Program-made: the position numbers and the translations under genes
Notes under the pieces: model-generated
What the model saw: only the letters and a program-made list of their open reading frames with translations
Databases searched by the model: none
What the model was told of the DNA's origin: nothing
Shown: positions 12,231 to 25,281 of the stretch, piece after piece
How the letters are laid out: each line of letters opens with the position of its first letter
Position numbering within the stretch: position 1 is the stretch's first letter
Assembly (NCBI GenBank): GCA_001938485.1
Contig: MQRK01213447.1
Span: forward strand, 1-64,000
Source: Girardia tigrina
Taxonomy: Eukaryota
DNA: 64,000 nucleotides
Direction of reading: 5' to 3'

Positions 12231-12399
12231 TTGGATTCATAACAGAATTCCGGAAAGTACATAGAAAATATTACTTTATCAGTTGTAATGATATTACTTA
12301 GGTTACTATCACTCCACTTCTCAAATATTTACACAGCACTACATTAAACGAATAATCATTTCACCAGTCAAAAGCTTGGGTTTTAATTTTAAATAGAAA

Positions 12400-12600
12400 T
12401 TTCGAATATCATATCTTTCACCATTGTGCAAATTTTTAAAATACTTCATCCACATTTTCACGGTAGCATAATATAGGTAATCATCCTTGTATGCATCTTA
12501 AGCATATTATTTATTCCAGTTGCATTTTGCCCTTTCAAAATAAAAGTCTTAATACATTTGTATTCAACTTTATATACTTAGCAGAAATTCGAAAATGCGG
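12400..12600 (-). pseudogene. mariner transposase N-terminal HTH relic
   Basis: Minus strand gives VEYKCIKTFILKGQNATGI and YATVKMWMKYFKN. Confidence 0.6.
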
Positions 12601-13544
12601 TACTACAATTATAAACAAAATTAATATTTAAAACAATTATTGATTTTTAACATATATATTTATGTGGTTATATGAAAACCAATATAATTATATTTATCGT
12701 TTTTCTATCCTAGGCTCATTAAACACACTACGTATATGAATATTTTAAGGTTATTAAATAATATAATTTTATAGAAAAATGTACAAATTATTTTAAACAT
12801 TATTATGTATTTAAAAGAAGGTTGTTGAAGGTGAAGGATATTATCGATTCGAACAAGTTCTACAATATGTTCTCTTGTGAATTTTATCTTGTTCAATACA
12901 TGTCGTTCATTTTATAAAATTATATATATTGTAGAAGCTTATATATGTAGTACAAAATATATTCGAAGGTAATATGTGATTCTGCCTTTTTTAGTATTGT
13001 TTTGTAAAAGAAACAAAAGTTCTGTTGGTTTTGTAATACATTCTTAATTATTATCATAAATTATTTTTAACAGTGTATTAATACATGGTTAATTTTAACA
13101 ATAAAAAATATTCCTAAATTTAAATTTGTTTTTATTATTTTTTTTCAAAAAAATCATATTGATTTTTTCCCTTTTTTATTTGTTTTTAATTCATTAATCC
13201 TGAGATTTAGTAATAAATATAGAAATATATTAATAAATAAAAAAAATTGAGGTCATTCTTTCACAAATATTGGAATAGTTAATCCGGGATTTTTTTATCA
13301 ATTACTTTGATTGTGATTTTTTTTTACAAGGAAATTCATCGGAATTATAAAAATTATTATTTATATTAATAATTTCTATTCAGAATAATGTTATTTTTGA
13401 TGTTGTTAAAGACTTTAAAGAAAATGTTGGATAAACATTATTTATTTCCGATTTAAATTTTTATCTATTGAAATTAAGTCAAAATAAGTTTGTGTTAAAC
13501 GGAAAAAAAACATTTTCTTCACCATTAATATTTTAATTATTTTG

Positions 13545-13718
13545 CTAAAAATTAAAGGTGGGGTAAGAAAGCAATTACTGCTAATACTCAAATTAAAACG
13601 AAAGAAAATTTCCTGGCAGAGAATTTTATTTTCCTAAAAAATTAAGGGTGGGATCAAAAAAAAGCAATTACTTCTAATACTCAAATTAAAGCGAAACAAA
13701 ATTTTCTGGCAGAGAATT
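13545..13718. repeat. Imperfect tandem duplication, about 90-bp period
   Basis: CTAAAAATTAA.GGTGGG...AAGCAATTACT.CTAATACTCAAATTAAA.CGAAA.AAAATTT.CTGGCAGAGAATT occurs twice. Confidence 0.85.
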
Positions 13719-16700
13719 GTGTAAAATGATGTACTGAAAGAATTTTTTAAAAAAGCTGTGTCTAAATGAAAAACGCAAACTGCATTTTTAACCGGGTCGG
13801 ATTACCAGGAGTCGGAAATATAAGACGGAAATATTTTTTTATAAATATAAAATCATTTTTGTAGTACAAAAATTTCAGAAGTCTTGTTAAGATAATAATT
13901 TGTATAAATATAGTATAAAAGGAAATTCACATTTGTTAAACATGTTACTGTAAAATACTAAACATAAGCGTACAATATTTTCAGATAAATAAAAATAAAA
14001 GTATTTTATGTTACATTTGTTTATAAAAAATTATTTATAAATAATTCATAAAAACTATATACATATTATATTGGAAGTATTTTGATATAATTTGAAATGA
14101 TTAATAAAAATAAATAAAAATAATATATACATCGTTTAACTATTTATATAAAAAAATCTTACCTAAATATCTTTGGTAAAATATGGTTGATTAAAAAAGA
14201 CGATATTTTTATATTCAAGCAAAATTACTCAGAAACTTCTTAGTACAAAATACATATAAAAAGATTAAATGAATTCAAACGATTTTTAAATAAAATAAAC
14301 AATGTTAGCTTCACATATAAATTAATATTTATTACTGTACTTAATATTTATTAATATTTATTTATTATGTTTGTGAGGAATATTTTAAATTGTTCGAATG
14401 TGTAAATGTATGGATGCTGTATGTTGATTTCAGTATGCTGAACATAGAATGGTGATTCTCTCACCCAGATGGAAATTGGTATTTTTTTATATTTAAAGTG
14501 ATTAACTATTCAAACATAATTAAAATAAAAATTTGATAAGTTTATATTTTTTAAATTAACAATTAAAATTAAGTTTAATATTTTTTTAGAAAAGAAAAGC
14601 ATTTAAGTAGATATAAATAAAATTTAAATTAAATTAATTTTTTAACAATTTGTTAACATTTTTATTATTTTGGGTTTTTATTAAGAAACGGTTTAAATTT
14701 TTATTTTTAATTAAAATTTTTAAAAATTAAATATTTTAAAAAGATTGTTTGAATAATCATGATTAAAAACAGAAATAAGAAAACCAATAAGAACGATGCC
14801 AAATGATGAAAAGACCTTCTGAGAGTTGTAATGACTGTAATTGTGATAGTAATAAAATGCTAATGAAAATTGTCTCAATTTCATAACAATGTAAACAAAA
14901 AATATTATTGTTAAGAAAGCGTATTAAAATTAAATAAATTTCTTTAGTTATAAAAAACGGGAAAAAACAGAAAAAAATGTATTAACTAATAATAAAAGAT
15001 TATAATAAACGATTTCATAAAAAGAAAACAAGTGGATGTTTCTATCACAAATGTTGGTAAAGTAAAAAATGTTGAAATCCAAAAATAATAATCGACCAAG
15101 AAATGGAATGATTGGAAGAAATAATTTTTGTTGTAGTGAATAAATAAGGAAATATGATTTTTTCGGGGAAATAACATTTGAACAACGAATTAGTCAGATT
15201 TAAATGAAAGATAATTGAATTCAGAAATATGGTTTTCTATAACGAAAGAATTATAAAAGTTCGGCCGATTTCTAGGGTTTTACATTTCTAGAAGATGTCT
15301 TTGTAAATAAAAATTCCAAATATCGAAGGTATGTCTTTAACGAAAGAAATTGGAAACTCAAATTTTGAAATAACTGTGAATTAATGAATTTTCTAAGAGT
15401 CCACAAAGAAGAAACGCGCATTCACCACGTAGACGAGCAAAAGGAATAATTAAATTAATATTTTATTTTAATTTATGCTGGCTTTTGTAGAATCCATTGA
15501 TGTCTTTGGATTAGCTTTGATTGATCGATTAAGTGAGGGCAAACAAAAGCTCTTGTCACTGACGAATAGATTGTATGGCAGATTTGTGACGAGCTCCTGG
15601 TAAAGATTGTTTTGCCTCCATTGAAGAAGAGTCACATGGCCCGCCGTCTGTTTCACTTTGTGCTGCTTTTCAAAACATATAAGTTTTATTAACTTTCTTC
15701 GTGGAAAATGGACTGCATAGAAATATGAATTCGCAATAACTAAAACATTTCAAAAATGTTTTTTCTATTAAAATAAAAAATATATATATATAATTAGATA
15801 TAGGAAAGTTATCTTAAATAACTTTGGCGAGGTGAGTAATCCAATTTCAACTTTATTTTATCATTCTGAAGATGATTTTATGTTGTAAGGGGGTTATATT
15901 TAAATAAGTATAATACAAAATGGTTTATCTTTTAATTATATATTATGAAAAAAATAAATAAAAAGAACATTAGAGGGAGAGATTAATCTCAATTAATGAA
16001 CATTCCTAAAACTGTTGTTGGAATGAGAATACTAAACAATGACATCAAGACAATATAATCCAATTTGACCTATAACTGGATAATCGCATAACAAAACTGA
16101 TAAACAGTGCAACCTTTCCCCATTAGTCATCGAAAAATGAGTCACGAAATAAATAAAAAAAATTATTTATTCTTTTAACGAAATCATAAATGAAAACAGA
16201 TTAATTTACAATAAATATTTTTGGTTATTTTTGATATTTATAAAATTTGGAAGCCGAAAGTTAACGAATTGTCAAAAATATAACAACCTTGACTGAAATA
16301 TAAGATAGAATATTGTTACTAGAATATGATCAAACACTAGGTTAAAAAATAAATATAAAATAAAATAAAATAATAATAATTTAGATATACCTTCTTTTAA
16401 TAATTTACTTAATGAATCAGTTAATAATACAACAAGATTATAACTAATATAAAATAAATTAACATTAACAAAATATAAAAAATTGAAGATGTTTTGGAAA
16501 TCGGCAATTGATAGTATAAATGCAAATATAAAATATGTCAAAAATGTATTTTGGGTTTTGATTCTTAGTGTTGTTTTACCTCTCTGAAAATACCGAATTT
16601 TATTCCTACAAATAATAATAAATGTTTTTCTTACAAAAGGTTTTGCAAAAACTTAAAGAGCAGTGAAACGTTTTGGAAACTTAGAAGACAAGGAAAAGAA

Positions 16701-17689
16701 AATATCAACAAAAATTTAAAAGAGTAATGTAGTGACCACTAATTAACACAAACTCGTTTTCTCGCGGACTTCCACATCGAAAAATAATTTAAACCGTCTT
16801 CATTGATTTCTCACATCATTCAATAAAAATCATAATTAATAAATTTTATCATTAATTAATTTTTTTAACAATTAAGAAAATAAATGTAAAAATGCTCGAA
16901 ACAAAAAGGCGAAAATGAGACAAAAATAAATGAACGAATTTAATTTGTAAATATGTATTAAAAAATGTCGAACTCAAAAATCTTTTGTTTTAATAATCAT
17001 AATAAAATTTTTAAGGCAATTTGAATTTTGTTGTTTTGATGTGTCTTAAATAAAATAATTCTCTCTTGAAAAACATCTATTAAATTATTGTTAATTCCAT
17101 TGGATGGTGGTCCCTGTGATATTCGAACGCCGGTAATTTATTATTATTACCGCCCCTTTGTTCCCGCTCCAAGTCTCAGGATCCGTTGCCGGTGATCGGA
17201 CCAGTTGATGATTCACCTCGACGGTATGGTAACCAGACAACAAGAAACAATTAGAAGCCTTACCAGATGAAGATTTGTTTTTCTATTAAACATCACTAAA
17301 CAATTTCTTTCACAACTTACACAAGCAATGCGAATAATTCAGAAGCAAGGAAATTGATTTTTGCATCAATCGTCAGAAAGAGACTTAAAAAGTCAAAAAA
17401 GATTTATCAATTGTTTCTTTAGACCACAGAAAAAACATAAACCACCAAAACAAAATATTTATGTTTATGTATCTAGTGGGATTAGTAAGATTTTATATAT
17501 TATGAACTCCTCGAACCCTTTGAAATTGGTATTTCTTGTATCTTCTATGGACCCCAATCATAATGCCTTAACCCTTAAATGCATGATTTTTTGTTTTGAA
17601 TTATAAAATTAAGTGAAGCTGATAATGTAGACAATTGGCAACAATATACTTTTAAGGTTAAATGTGCTTAGGACGATAAATGTCCGGAA

Positions 17690-17990
17690 AAGTTGATATA
17701 CATGATTTTGCATCGTAACAGCACCAGACCATATGTTCATTTCACTGTTAAATACTTTTTGGAAGAAGTGAAGTTGGAAATATTGTACCACTCTCTGTAT
17801 TCACCTGACATTTACCTCCCGATTATTAATTGCTCAGGTCGTTGAGGTCAGCTCGTTTTGGAAAGAAATTCGGTTCACATAATAACATATGAAATTCGGT
17901 AAATAAGTACATCGCTTCTTAAGAAACAGACTTCTTAGATCGAGAAATCTGTTTTAGCCTTAAATGTACCTTATGTTTTGATTAAATGTT
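17690..17990 (+). pseudogene. mariner transposase C-terminal relic
   Basis: NSTRPYV...LEILYHSLYSPDI and PDY*LLRSL: a degenerate YSPDLAPSDY motif. Confidence 0.7.
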
Positions 17991-19320
17991 TCATTTATTG
18001 GTTAATAAAATATTGCCTGATTTACTCAAAAAAAGGACGGTGACATAATTATTTTTAATATATAATTAATAATAATATTCAGTGCTCATTATCATCTATT
18101 ATTTTTACAGAATGGCTTCAAATTTCATTGAATTTAAGAAATAATGTAAATAATTGAAAACTTTTCTGATAATCATTGTTTTTTATTTAAAAATATTTAG
18201 AAAAATATCTTATTATAATATAATATAAATTATAATGAAAATTTTAATTAATAATATGATACTAATTTCCTGTAATATAATATTAATTGTTAATTAATTC
18301 TTTATAAATCAATTTTTTAATTGTATGTTTTTCTCTAATTCGATTTACAATTTGGCATCACCAATTATTCTAGTCTTTTCTAATTAATATTATTAATTTA
18401 TATTATTTTATTAAATAAAATATAAATACCACAATTATATTATTTATATTCGTGAATTATTTATTCTAATAATAAAATAATAAAATTGTTTTAATTATCA
18501 TCGTTTTTAGTTGAAATTTTCCAATTTTGTTTAATTTATCATGAATATCTTGTGTCAATCAAATGATGACAGAATTAATCACAAAAAATCAAAATGCCAT
18601 GAATATATTTTATTTTTGGAAAACAAACTAATCACAATTACAAAGATAAATTTAAACTAATTTATTTAAATGATAATGCTGATTTGGCTTCCAGACGCTT
18701 TTAGAGTTCATATAATGATAATAAATAAAAATAATTCATGATATTCGTATAATATTTATTTTGGTACCCAAAATTACAGGATATTTTTAATTTTAACAAG
18801 CTTCCTATCGTCTTCCTTCTAAACATTCTTTTTGTTGATTTTATAGAAGACGCATCTGAGATTGAATCAACCAGCAGGAAACCAATGAAGAGGATTTTTA
18901 ACCCTTAAAATTATCTAAATTTATCTCTAGTTTATAAAGTAAATAAATTAGGTGGATTACTGAGTGCAAAAAAATCACATGTATAAAAATAGTTTTATAT
19001 TAACACGTTTTGATCGTTTACTGATAATTTTATTATTTTTCTGTTTTCTCCTAAACTAGAAATTCTTTCTTTTAACTACTCTCTTTCAATTTTTATTTTC
19101 ACTTTTGTAAAATATTTTATTTCATTAAAATCAGTAAAATTTTACAAAATTATTTTTTTCCACAATATTTTTTTCAAAAATACTAAATGTAAAAAACACT
19201 TATATTATAATTAAATAATGTAAAATTTATTAAAAAGAACTATCTACTTAAAAATAAAAAGTAGTTTCATTGGTTTATAAAATATTTAACGCACAAACAA
19301 ACAAAAAAGAAAGCAAAACA

Positions 19321-20468
19321 TTAGAGTGAACCAATAGTCTTTTCGTATTTTCTACGTCTTTTTGTTCAATTGTTTCTTATTACCAAATAAAAATATTTTA
19401 TATGCCTGTGTTATACGTTTTTAAAGCTCTTGAACTGCTCTATCACAATATATATTAAAACATCTACTTAGTCGTTAATATAATTTTTATGGTCTTTTAG
19501 AAAAATCATGGAAAATATTGAAATTCATGTTCTTTTACGTCATTACTGGAAACAGGGCTTATCCGGAGCAATTCGGGGAGCTGTCGAGATAAATGCGTCA
19601 ATACTCGCCGTAGGTACTTGCAGATTGTCGGCCGAACTCTATATTCCTCAAGCATCCGTTGTACGACAGCTTCACGCTCTTGGCAAGGTCAATAGACGAT
19701 GTCGAGAAGTGCCTCATGAATTGACACAAATTCAAGCCGAAAAGCGTTTCGAAAAGCGTGTCAAAAATTGCTTGAAAATCCACGCGATGGCCGTTTGATC
19801 TGTCGAATTGTAACTTGCGATGAAAAGTGGGTTTACTTCATTAATCCAGATCAACAAAATCAATGGTTGGACCCCGGACAAATGGCGAAACCGGTAGCAA
19901 AAGGAGATCGTTTCTCAAGGAAGGCACTTTTGTGTGTTTGGTGGAATTTCGAAGGCGTGATTCACTTCGAGTTGGTTCCAAATGGTCGTACCATCGATGC
20001 TGACCTTTACTGCGCCCAACTTGATCGAATGTATGCGGTACTTGGCGAGAAATACCCTGCTTTGATCAATCGAAAGCGAGTTCTTCTACAATAGGACAAT
20101 GTAAAACCGCACACCGCCAAACAAACAAAGGAAAAAATCAAAAATCTCGACGCCTTTGAACTTCTTCCACATCCAGCGTATAGTCCGGATCTTGCGCCAT
20201 CCGACTATCACCTTTTCCGCTCTATGGCACACTTTCTTCGTGGTCGCAGCTTCAATAATCCGGCCAAGGTCGAAAACGGGTGTCACCAGTTCTTCGCTTC
20301 TAAGAACAAGGATTGGTACCGCAGCGGGATCGCACAACTTGCCCATAGATGGGTTAAAGCTATAGATTCAAATGGCCTTTACTTTGAAACTTAAATGTTT
20401 TTTATTTGTTGTAAAATTATGTTTAAATTTTTAATAAAAAATGTGAAAAGACTTTTGGTTCACCCTAA
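19321..20468 (+). mobile_element. mariner element with both TIRs; internally deleted, frameshifted transposase (about 19508-20394)
   Basis: Left TIR TTAGAGTGAACCAATAGTCTTTTC and right TIR GAAAAGACTTTTGGTTCACCCTAA followed by TA. Motifs EVPHEL, IVTCDEKWVYF, LLQ*DNVKPH, HPAYSPDLAPSDYHLF, NGLYFET. Confidence 0.95.
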
Positions 20469-21292
20469 TAATTAAAACGTGGTAAAAACTAGGGTTAGTT
20501 TTAATGCTTATATGTTTTTGGCTAGAATTTTAGAATTGTTTTCTTTTTAAAATGTAAATTATGTTTACCAAGTCTCTCCCAAGTTTGTGGTGTTACATTC
20601 ATTACATTTATAAACTTATTCGAGCACAAATTGGTGAATGGGAGACATTTATTATTAAAGATATATTGTTTGTTTATAAAATTTTTAAAAAAAATTGTAA
20701 GTTGATAGTTTTTCAAAAATAAATAACAGAACGTTTATTTTTTAGTGATGGATAATAAGAAAAAAGATCGATAGTATGTGGCATCCTATTTAAGTATATC
20801 ATATTCTTCATCAATATTTGAAATTTATGGAAATCCTTTTCCTGTTGATCTAAGAAATAAGAAAAAGTCTATTTAGCTCACTTCCATTTGTATAACGTAT
20901 TAAAAGTCGGAAAGGCGACTCAATAGATGCATCAAAATAAAAAGCTATGTTTGGTGTAGTTTCCAAGTTGCCCTAGAGACTGACCACTTACAGCAGATAT
21001 TTATGCAGTTCATGTGGTGCCTATTTTTGAGATTTCGTTTTTAAAATTCATATTGTACATTAAACAAAAATTTCAGATTTAAAAAGTAAAATAATTCGTT
21101 TTTAAAAATTTATTTTAACAACGTCAATCAAACTTCGTGTTCGAATTGGACTTCAAAATATTCAAAATTGTGACAAAATGCGAATTTCGTTTCGTTCAAA
21201 ATTTTATTACAACTACAAAAAATCAAAAAAAAATAAGGAAATAGAAGTCAGATGCCGTAAAAAGCAGTTGATGAAAGAGTATCGTCCGCGAT

Positions 21293-21965
21293 ATGCTCTG
21301 GTTATTTGGTGGCCAAGAAGATCTGGTCGAATACCAGGAATGCTTGAATGAGAGAGGAATTCTCGACACTGACGAGAAATTCAAACACCTAATTAAAGAA
21401 ACTGTGTCTGAAAAACTGATAGCAGTGATTGAACAAAGAAAGGAGTACCCAAAAATGCCAAAACCGCGTATCAAAAGAGTGCAGTGCACATATCCTCCTT
21501 ATTTCAAAGCTTTTGCGGAACAGAAGGAAGTAAGAAGACACATCAAAAACGTGCATACGGTCAAGACGCCGCAGCGTCAGTTTGGTGAAAAACCTTTCCG
21601 ATGTCCAATGGAAAATTGTCACAATACATATAAAACGGATAGATGGTTAATGAGACATTTATTGATCGATCACCGAACCCAAGGCAGTACCAGTGTACTA
21701 GTGTTTCACAAAATAAAGCAGATTTAGGATGCACAAAATCTTCGGACGCGACCGCGATGCATGATGTGTCAGTGCCCCTCGACGATACCGCGGAGACGGA
21801 CCCAATAGTGATTCCAAGGGTGGTTCTCGACTTACGGTTAAGTAATACAAATGATGTGGGGATATTTTGGTGTCCCTTTACTCATTGAACACAACATGTT
21901 TACACAGCCAAAGCTCTACAGAATCACTATACGAGGGATCATGACTGGTCCTTTCTGATTGGGTA
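21293..21965 (+). pseudogene. Intronless C2H2 zinc-finger pseudogene (three fingers)
   Basis: VQCTYPPYFKAF..VRRHIKNVH; KPFRCPMENCHNTY..LMRHLLIDH; after a frameshift FWCPFTH*TQHV..LQNHYTRDH. GC content is above the flanks. Confidence 0.7.
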
Positions 21966-22840
21966 ACCGAAGCGTACCCGTGCACTGAAAGCTCGCATTT
22001 TTGCATCTAAAGCCGTGCGAGAAAGTCAGTAGGCTCTGTATTGTCTATTTTTGGTTTCTACCCGATACAGAGTCTATGACTGACTACCCTGTACGCCAAT
22101 ACTGGTACTGTAGTCTCTGCAATACTCAGTTATCCGTTGAGTCGGGGAAGGCTTAATAACTATGAAATTGAAAAGTTGAACAATTGTTTGATTTCGATTC
22201 GGTTGAAAACAGGTTTCAAAATATTTAGGTATGAGATTTGTTAATTAAAACTTGTGGAATATGTCGGACTATTGATTAAGTACTGAATCGTCGGTTGAAT
22301 ATGAGATGAATCAGTTCAAAATATTGCGAAGACTTTGATGACTTTATTATTGTCGTCAATTATTCAAAATTTCAAGTAACTTCCATTCAGGTACAATCAA
22401 ACAACATTAATCATTGATTACATTATTTTTGATCGATTTTTTTATTGTCTAATTTTTATTGTATATATAATTAATTTCATATATATTTAAATATATTAGG
22501 GACTAGGTCACTACAGATAAATAGATTTCTAGATAAATTATTAAGTATGTGTCTTATACCGATGGAGTAAATTATAAGGCACTAGAGAATTAGACGAAGA
22601 TGGAATGGAAACTTCCGAATATGATGTCAAGTATCCGGAACTATCACTAGTTTCAGAGAAAAAAATTTAGGGATTTAAATGTTTTTTATTTCTAGAAAAA
22701 GGGAAAATGTATTTGAATTATTTAATGTTGACGATTTATTTAAAAACCTAATAAGGAAACATTTATTAATGGAAAGTAACTAGTTCATTTGATTATTAAT
22801 TTAGAAAAAAAGTACATTTATTTTTCTTTTTACATCTATT

Positions 22841-23308
22841 TACTGTCGCTGACATTTAAGAATATCAATGTAGACAGTTAATAATAATTCTATAATCTAA
22901 AATACAAAGAATTAATCAATTATCCAATGAAAAACAAGACACACTTACCAAATTAGACAATTAAGAATATCATAGACACTTAACAATATCAAATAATATA
23001 GAAAAATAAAGTCTACCCCCAAACATACATAACTTACACTCAAATACATACATACACGTACAACAAACACACATAATTTTACAGACATTTAACAATAATG
23101 TGGACATTTCAGAATATCAAAAATGATATACCATCTCGTGGAAATTTCGTATATGTGTGTATGCATGTGTGTGAGGACTGCATATCATATGTCTAATTTG
23201 GTAAGTGTGTCTTGTTTTTCATTGGATAATTGATTAATTCTTTGTATTTTAGATTATAGAATTATTATTAACTGTCTACATTGATATTCTTAAATATCAG
23301 CGACAGTA
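22841..23308. mobile_element. Foldback MITE with 119-bp near-perfect inverted arms
   Basis: 22841-22959 is the reverse complement of 23190-23308 with one mismatch seen. Both arms end in TA, a possible TA TSD. Confidence 0.9.
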
Positions 23309-25281
23309 TCTTTTATGACTTATTTAACGTTTTATAGATACAAAATGACAATAATTTGTATTTTAAGTAATCTTTGCAAATTCATGATATAAATAAAAAC
23401 ATCCATCTAATGACCCTTTCATTTGTCTCCCAAATCTTTCGTTAAATTGAGGTTAAACTGATTTGCCAAGTTTTAAATATATTGTTATACATTTATTATG
23501 GTATACAAATATTACACTAACAAATTTTTATCAACAATTCCAAGGCATTTTACTTTTGTCCTAATAGACGTAATGATAGAGATGGTTTACCGTCCTATAA
23601 ACGAAGTTAAGGTTTACCGACCACCTTTACAAATTTAATCATTTAATAAATATTCATTGTCGCAGAATAAATTTAGTCCACTTATTTTTTTAGTATTTTT
23701 AAATGATTAATTTTTATATGAAAATAATTATATAAAATATTTGTACAACTTAAAAGGCTGACGGATTACACACGTTAAGAAGGTATAAAAAGGTAGTTGG
23801 AAGGGTCCTAACTCAAAAAAAACAGTGAACGAATATGTTTTGAAAAAATATTCAAAATATAATTTTTATTATAAACAAATCAAATTAAATCAAATTTCAA
23901 AAGAAAAAATATATTAAAAAAATTTTAAAAACCTTATAATTTCGTCACAATACAAGTTTAATCGTTAATATAAATACAATAATATTTGAATATTTGGATT
24001 ATTTAAATATTATTGTATTTTTAAACGCTAATATTCTCCCGAAAATAAAAACAAATTCACTGCAATTAACTTTGAAAGTGAAATTGTTCATTGAATTAAA
24101 GCGAAGTAGTGAGACAGTAAATAAAAATCTAATTCGTAATATAATAAATGTATTCCCACCGAATATCTTCACCTCTCTAATATTAATGACAATTCTATCA
24201 TATTTCCCCTTCACAGATATTTGATAGGAATATTGGGATGTCTAATTAGGATGGGGACCGTTCCCACACTCGGCGCAGCTATCTATTTTCATTCTTGATC
24301 TTATCATCAAATCACAAATGTATCATGAAAACCAATTACACTCTCTTTTTCTATTACAATTTTTTCTCTTTCCGTAAGACATAAAAACTCTAACACTTGA
24401 TTCGGTTTTCATTATTGAGATGAATCATATATAAGATGCTGTGCACCTTGAATTTATTATCATAATATCTGAATAATAATTATTTTCAGTTTCTAGCAAA
24501 GTGTCCAGCGTCAGAATAAAAGTAGAATAGTAAATCAACAAATATCGAAAAATATTATTTTTAATAAATTATTTATATTATTTATATTTCTGTTTTTTTA
24601 AGAAGAAATTTTTTACTGATAAAAATAATTTTTACATAATTTATAAAATAAAGATTTTTAATAAAATAAAAATTATTAATAAAAATAACTTTCTTTTATG
24701 TTTTTATTAATTAAAAAACGAAAAAAATTGTGTTTCCATAATCATAAATATTATTTTTTATTCTGGTAACTAAAATTTCAAAAATAATTTTTTTAAAAAA
24801 TCAGCGGTTAATATTTTGAAGAAATAATTTTTTGTCCGTTTTGAACTGCGATGTATTTTGGGTGTTTTTTTTTAAAAAAATGATGTAAATAAAAATTTTG
24901 GTTAGAATTTTTCCTAATTATTTTATATATTTTTTTATAAGTACAATTTTATAACGCATTGGATTTTTGAAAGAAAAAATATTTTTATTAATGTTTTTTT
25001 ATTAATTTCTTTGAACATTTCTTGACATTTTCGATGGAAATACGTTTTTTAGTTGAAATTTCATGTGAAAATTTTGTTTGTCTTTATTTTCATTCTTATC
25101 TTAATCAGATTATTAAAAAAGAATTATTTCTTTTTATTTGTTAAACATAGACGAGGTTGTTGGAAGACATTTTTTGGAAAAAAATAAGTACATCATTTAT
25201 AAATCGTATTTAATTTATTTCTCTTATTATAATAAATTATTATAATAAATTATTATTGATAACAATAAATTATTATTAATA

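Noticed and set aside
15468-15656. Tc1/maT-like N-terminal peptide (RSIKANPKTSM)
   Set aside because: A single short resemblance with no TIRs or catalytic motifs.
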